Positions 59,361 to 64,000 of a DNA stretch of 64,000 bases are shown piece by piece. The stretch is from Bacillota bacterium (GTDB taxonomy: Bacteria; Bacillota; Sulfobacillia; UBA8153). Position numbers and translations under genes: made by a program. The DNA lies in contig JBFLYN010000005.1 in the NCBI GenBank assembly GCA_040756655.1, forward strand, positions 4,563-68,562, given 5' to 3'. Below the pieces are notes generated by a model. That model had not been told where the DNA came from and did not search any database. It worked only from the letters and a program-made list of their open reading frames with translations. The stretch's first letter is position 1. Every line of letters starts with the position of its first letter.

Positions 59361-60197
59361 CTACGGGCGTCGCAGGGTGATGATGGCCAGTTCGGGGCGG
59401 GAACCCAGGCGCACCGGCATGGGTCCGCCCTGCCCGAGCCCGCGGGTGATGTATAACCACCCGTCGCCCTCCCGGGACAGCCCTTGCACGTGAGTCCGGG
59501 GGAATAGACGTCCCGACGCCGTAGTTACCGCCCCCAGCAGCGGGAGCTTGATCTGGCCACCGTGGGTATGCCCGGTCAGGGTCAGCGCGACGCGGGCGAG
59601 CAACTCCTGGTGGGCGCCACCGCGCCGGTCGGCCTGACCCGGTTCAAACCAGGTAGGCGCGTGGGCCAGCAGCACCACGGGGCCAGCAAGCCCGGCCGGC
59701 AAGGCTTCCGCCAGCCGGTCGTGGCCACTGTAGGGATCGCTCACCCCGGCCAGCACCAGGTGCTCTCCATCTCGTTCCAAGACCACGTGCCGGTTCTCCA
59801 GCACTATCACTCCGGCCTCGGTGAGCCGGGCCGCAATGAGGGACCATCCGGCCCGATGGTCGTGGTTGCCACTCACGGCGTAGGTTGGCGCGACGGAGCC
59901 AAGAGCCTCCATGAACGGGTATACCTTGTGGATTTCCGCCGGGCTTTGATGCACGAAATCCCCAACCACGCAAATGACGTCCACCCCTAGGGCCTTGAGT
60001 GCCGTCACGACCTGCCCGGATGGACTGGTGCGCCTCCCGTGCAGGTCACTGGCCAACCCCATCCGGAACCCGTCAAATGCAGCAGGTAGCCCGGTGATGC
60101 TCACCTCCAGGTGGGTAATGTCCAGGGCGCTGGTTTCCCACCATACGAACAACACCAGCATTAGTGCCAACCCGATTCCAGCCAGGAGCCGGGCCAT
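59361..60197 (-). CDS. calcineurin-like metallophosphoesterase (YkuE-like) with an N-terminal TM helix
   Basis: The ATG at 60197 follows AAAGGGGAGG. The protein (MARLLAGIGLALMLVLFVWW...) contains the metallophosphatase motifs GDFVH, GNHD and GHTHGG. The long 5' extension in the track ORF is not coding. Confidence 0.8.
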   Translation of the reverse strand: MARLLAGIGLALMLVLFVWWETSALDITHLEVSITGLPAAFDGFRMGLASDLHGRRTSPSGQVVTALKALGVDVICVVGDFVHQSPAEIHKVYPFMEALGSVAPTYAVSGNHDHRAGWSLIAARLTEAGVIVLENRHVVLERDGEHLVLAGVSDPYSGHDRLAEALPAGLAGPVVLLAHAPTWFEPGQADRRGGAHQELLARVALTLTGHTHGGQIKLPLLGAVTTASGRLFPRTHVQGLSREGDGWLYITRGLGQGGPMPVRLGSRPELAIITLRRP

Positions 60198-61081
60198 ACG
60201 CCTCCCCTTTCTGCCCGACGCTTTGGGGCAGGTACAAAAGCATCCTCGTAGTCGAGACGCAAGAGCCCGTACCCGGTTCCGGCCGTGGCGGCACCCATTT
60301 GGGAAAGGTCGCATCCTGGAGGACTCCGTCGCACCTTGGCAGAAACTCTTCCGGCCCTTGGCGGCTGATGACCTTGATGCGGGTCCCGCAGGATGCGCGG
60401 TTCGGACCGTGCCCAGGACTCTTTGACGAACCGGTAGTAGTCTTCTCGCCAGCAACCCAGGCAGGCCGGAGTTCAGCCTGGCGGGAGAGGATCGGACAGG
60501 GGTTTTCGCCTGGTTCTTCCTGGTCCAACGCCAGGTGTAACAGGCGCGCAGGGCCCACAACACGGTGGAGTCATCACGGTAACCTCAGCGGCGGGCTGTA
60601 GTGCCAGTACTGGACCAACGGGAAAACCTAAGACACCCGGTCCATGGCCCCCATCCGGTAAAAAGGGGCAAGGCCATGGGTGCGCACGGCCAGCCAAATT
60701 CCAGTGATTTCCTGGGCAATGACCAGCATGGGCCTCTCCCTTGCCCTGGAAAGTGTTGCCCCGGTGCCTATCAAGAAACGGAAACGCGGGTCCGGCGGCA
60801 AGGTAAGAGGTCCTGCCAAAAGAGAAAGATGGCCCAGGCTCCCAGCAGTACTCGTGCCGGGACCCTGCGCCTTGGGCGCTGCCGGCAGTGCCGGTCAGGT
60901 CACCCCCATGTGGTTGTGGGCTGCGCAGGAAAGGAGCCAGGTACGGACTTCGCACGTCCGGACCCCCTGGGCGATGAAGGGGTCCGACCGGGCGATCTCT
61001 TCCGCTTCACCCTGGGATGAATCTTTTGGGACCATGCACTGCGTCCATTAAGTCCCGGCAAGCTCCCGTGACCCGCCTTGG

Positions 61082-62602
61082 TCACCTGCCTCCCGCATCC
61101 TGGCAGGGCAACTCCGGCGCCCCTGCCTGGCGCCGGGGTCGCGCGTGGTAGCCGAGGGCTTCCAGGAGTTCCTCTATGACCACCCGGTCATCAAAAGGCC
61201 ACTTCTGTTCTCCCATGTACTGGTGGGTCTCGTGACCCTTGCCTGCTACCACCACCGTGTCACCCGGGCGGGCCAGCTCCAGGGCCCGCCCAATGGCCAG
61301 CCGCCGGTCGAGGATGATCTCAGCACAGACATGCCCGTTCAGGCCGGCCCGGACCTGCCTGGCTACTTCTCCCGGGTCCTCGCGAGGGCAGTTGTCACTG
61401 GTGATGATGGCATGGTGGGACCAAAGCCCGGCGATGGTGCCCATGAGCGGACGCTTCCCAGAGTCCTTGCCGCCTTCGCACCCAAAAACCAAGAGCGTGC
61501 GGCCTCCGTTCCCGCCTGCGCTCTGCAGCATCCTCTCCAGGGCGGCCGGGTTATGGGCAAAGTCCACCACTACTCGAAAGGGCTGGCCCCGGTCCACGCA
61601 CTCCCACCGTCCCGGCACCGTCACCCGGGCCAGGGCCCCGGCAACGTGAACCGGGTCCACTCCTTCTTCCAGCGCCACGGCTGCAGCCGCCAGTGCGTTG
61701 TCCACATTGTGCTTCCCCGGCATAGCCAGGCTTATGGGTAGGCGCAACCCGGGCGCCACCAGTTCAAACCCGTTGGGAGCTACCCGCCCCACATGCTCTG
61801 CCCGCAGCCAGGCGCCTGGAGAGGTGCCACACGTGATCACCCGGGCCCGGGTCTGGGAAGCCACCCGCATCCAGTTGGGATCGTCGCAGTTGACCACAGC
61901 ATACGGAGCATGCTGGCCCGGACCCGGGGTCGCAAGATTCCTGAACAAGAGGCACTTGGCGGCAAGGTAGTCCTCGAAGTCACGGTGGAAATCGAAGTGG
62001 TCACGGGTGATGTTGGTGAACACCGCGGCGTGAAAGCAGCATCCGGCCACGCGCTTGAGGGCCAGCCCGTGGGAAGAGACTTCCATGACGGCATAGCGGG
62101 CCCCCCGGCCGGCCAGCCGGGCCAGGATCTGGGTGAGCCAGAGGGCATCGGGCGTGGTTTGATGGGACCGCTCCTCCTCCTGCCCGATGCGGTAGCAGAT
62201 GGTGCCCAAAAGCCCGGTGTCGCGCCCGGCGTGCTGCAGGATGTGGTAGAGCATGTGGGCGGTGGTGGTTTTCCCATTGGTGCCTGTGATGCCGATGAGC
62301 CTAAGTCGGGCCGAGGGGTTCCCGTAGAATACCGAGGCCAGGTGAGCCAAAGCCTGCCGGGAGTCCGGGACCAGCACGTGGCAACTTGCCTCCACCTGCC
62401 TTTCCGTTACCGCCACTACTGCACCCCGCCGATAGGCCTCGCTTATGTACTGGTGTCCGTCGTGTTGGTAACCTGGTATGCATACAAACAAGTCTCCAGG
62501 CTTTACCTGCCGGGAATCGTGGGCGATGCCCCGCACCTCTACATCAAGGTCTCCGCGTACCGCCACGACTGGGAGCCCGGCCAGGAGCACCCCAAGCTGC
62601 AC
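61082..62602 (-). CDS. murE: UDP-N-acetylmuramoyl-L-alanyl-D-glutamate--2,6-diaminopimelate ligase
   Basis: The Mur ligase N-terminal, central (GITGTNGKTTT) and C-terminal domains are present, together with the MurE-specific DNPR-like motif (DNCPREDP). The start is the GTG at 62602. Confidence 0.85.
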   Translation of the reverse strand: MQLGVLLAGLPVVAVRGDLDVEVRGIAHDSRQVKPGDLFVCIPGYQHDGHQYISEAYRRGAVVAVTERQVEASCHVLVPDSRQALAHLASVFYGNPSARLRLIGITGTNGKTTTAHMLYHILQHAGRDTGLLGTICYRIGQEEERSHQTTPDALWLTQILARLAGRGARYAVMEVSSHGLALKRVAGCCFHAAVFTNITRDHFDFHRDFEDYLAAKCLLFRNLATPGPGQHAPYAVVNCDDPNWMRVASQTRARVITCGTSPGAWLRAEHVGRVAPNGFELVAPGLRLPISLAMPGKHNVDNALAAAAVALEEGVDPVHVAGALARVTVPGRWECVDRGQPFRVVVDFAHNPAALERMLQSAGGNGGRTLLVFGCEGGKDSGKRPLMGTIAGLWSHHAIITSDNCPREDPGEVARQVRAGLNGHVCAEIILDRRLAIGRALELARPGDTVVVAGKGHETHQYMGEQKWPFDDRVVIEELLEALGYHARPRRQAGAPELPCQDAGGR

Positions 62603-62683
62603 AAACCCCGCCCCCCTCTAGATGGTGTTCGCGTCCAGTCTATTCCCGACAGGAGGCGGGGGTGTGTCAATTTTGCGACCGAG

Positions 62684-63334
62684 TCAGACGCCCCCATGCT
62701 TTTGCGACCAGGCCCGGGGGTTGGACAGGAACTCCTCGATGGTCTTGATCTCCACCGGGCTGAAAAACCCTTCGGAGCCTGCCACTTTCAGAAGCACCGA
62801 CCAGTTGGTGAGAGCGTGCAGCTTGATCCCCGCCTGGCCCAGGATGGCAGCAGATTCCCCGGTATAGGCGTAGTCAAACACCGCCAGTACATGCTCGCAA
62901 AGAGCGCCGGTATTGCGGATACCCTCGGCAAACTTCACCTTGGACTGGCCATTGAACACCAGGTCCTCCACCAGCACCACCCGCTGGCCGGGCAGTACAT
63001 CACCTTCCACCATGGCGTTGCGGCCGAAGCCTTTGGGCTGCTTCCGCACGTAAATCATGGGGAGATCCAGGCGGTCGGCCACCCACGCCGCGTAGGGAAT
63101 CCCAGCCGTTTCCCCGCCTGCCACCACGTCCACGTTCTCCAATCCCACCCGGTTGCGTATGTAGTTGGCAGAAAGCTCGGCGATCTCCGCACGAGGCCCG
63201 GGATAGGATATTACTTTCCGCATATCTACGTACACCGGGCTCACAGTTCCCGACGTGAAGGTAAACGGGTGTTCCAGGTCGCAGAATACGGCCTTTACCT
63301 TCAGCAGCCAACGCGCTACTCGTTCAGCGGGCAT
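62684..63334 (-). CDS. orotate phosphoribosyltransferase-like protein (type I PRTase) with an atypical PRPP-binding loop
   Basis: Overall co-linearity with PyrE: FTFTSGTVSPVYVDMR...AGGETAGIPYAA...YVRKQPKGFG...GQRVVLVEDLVFNGQS. The canonical D-D-x-x-T-T-G-x-S loop instead reads E-D-L-V-F-N-G-Q-S. Confidence 0.6.
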   Translation of the reverse strand: MPAERVARWLLKVKAVFCDLEHPFTFTSGTVSPVYVDMRKVISYPGPRAEIAELSANYIRNRVGLENVDVVAGGETAGIPYAAWVADRLDLPMIYVRKQPKGFGRNAMVEGDVLPGQRVVLVEDLVFNGQSKVKFAEGIRNTGALCEHVLAVFDYAYTGESAAILGQAGIKLHALTNWSVLLKVAGSEGFFSPVEIKTIEEFLSNPRAWSQKHGGV

Positions 63335-64000
63335 GGGCGTTCTCCTCTCTATTGCATCCCTCTCTTTGGCAGCGTGCCCGCAGGACGTCTAGAGCCCACT
63401 GGAAATCCTGGGGCAGTGGGGCATCAAACTCCAACCATTCTCCGTTTCCGGGGTGGCTAAGCCCCAGATAACAGGCGTGGAGAGCCTGTCCCTCCAGGCC
63501 CAGCGTCCCACTACGCCCGCCGTACACCGGGTCTGCTGCCACCGGGTGACCCAGGTGGGCCATGTGCACGCGCACCTGGTGGGTGCGTCCGGTAACCAGT
63601 TCGGCACGGACCAGCGCAAACCTTCCCAGTTCCTCCTGGACTTCATAGCGAGTGACGGAGTTTTTGCCGCCGGGTACCACTGCCATCTTCTTGCGGTAAA
63701 CCGGGTGACGTCCTATTGGGGCGTCCACCTCGCCGCGCCGGGGCGAAGGCACCCCGTGCACCAAGGCCAGGTACTTCCGGAGCGCCCGGCGGTCCTTGAT
63801 CTGTTTGGCCAGTTCCTGGTGGGCCCGCTGGTTCTTGGCCACTACCATCAGACCGGTGGTATCCTTGTCCAGGCGGTGGACGATGCCGGGCCGTATGGTA
63901 TCATTGATAGCCGCCAGGCCGGGGCAGTGGTAAAGGAGGGCGTTGACCAGCGTCCCCTGGTAATTACCGGCGGCCGGGTGCACCACCATCCCGCGGGCCT
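63324..64000 (-). CDS. rluD: RluA-family 23S rRNA pseudouridine synthase (RluD-like); N-terminus lies beyond the window end
   Basis: HRLDKDTTGLMVVAKNQRAHQELAKQIKDRRALRKYLALVHG...GRTHQVRVHMAHLGHPVAADPVYG are RluA/RluD family motifs. The ORF runs off the 3' edge of the window. Confidence 0.85.
   Translation of the reverse strand, partial: ARGMVVHPAAGNYQGTLVNALLYHCPGLAAINDTIRPGIVHRLDKDTTGLMVVAKNQRAHQELAKQIKDRRALRKYLALVHGVPSPRRGEVDAPIGRHPVYRKKMAVVPGGKNSVTRYEVQEELGRFALVRAELVTGRTHQVRVHMAHLGHPVAADPVYGGRSGTLGLEGQALHACYLGLSHPGNGEWLEFDAPLPQDFQWALDVLRARCQREGCNREENAHAR

Noticed and set aside
60870-60920. SRP RNA domain IV-like motif (GGUCAGGUC...GGAAAGGAGCC)
   Set aside because: It lacks the conserved GUCCGGAAGGAAGCAGC core and the flanking helix 8 pairing. 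The similarity is only partial.

Overview
This is a high-GC (about 65-70%) chromosomal window from an endospore-forming Firmicute, probably a Clostridia-like organism (Symbiobacterium/Thermaerobacter-like is an inference). It carries an alpha/beta-type SASP gene, the germination protease gpr, prkC/prpC and remA.

Most of the window is a long, densely packed minus-strand block that is syntenic with the Bacillus subtilis ylo region. The gene order is yicC, mIHF-like, remA, gmk, rpoZ, coaBC, priA, def+fmt, YugP-like peptidase, rsmB, rlmN, prpC, prkC, rsgA, rpe, then rpmB, asp23/yloU, DAK2/yloV and recG. A complete PyrR-attenuated pyrimidine operon follows (pyrR, pyrP, pyrB, pyrC, carA, carB, pyrK, pyrD). 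Also present are dapL-dapF, a Ca2+ P-type ATPase (yloB-like), rqcH (yloA), msrA, murE and a pyrE-like gene. Many genes are joined by GTGA/ATGA overlaps and use GTG/TTG starts.

Accessory content:
- An insertion-like segment at about 186..5573 sits between rsmD and recG. It holds gpr, a SASP gene, a frameshifted IS4/IS701-like transposase and small membrane proteins.
- A non-classical alpha-glucan island at about 25997..35901 holds GH15, a DUF4912-like protein, a GH57 branching enzyme, a nucleotidyltransferase fused to a divergent phosphohexomutase, a GT4 synthase and an amylo-1,6-glucosidase.
- An uncharacterised two-gene redox module encodes a Cys-rich PyrK-like Fe-S flavoprotein and a GidA-like FAD/Fe-S protein.
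- A bacterial Clp1/Grc3-family P-loop kinase homologue lies beside an unannotated 34-aa zinc-ribbon ORF.

Notable anomalies:
- rsgA has no canonical in-frame start codon and is in frame with the prkC stop codon.
- def and fmt form a single uninterrupted ORF.
- An actinobacterial-type mIHF homologue sits inside the remA-gmk-rpoZ cluster.
- An apparently non-coding stretch of about 880 bp lies next to murE.

No rRNA, tRNA or CRISPR array was recognised.
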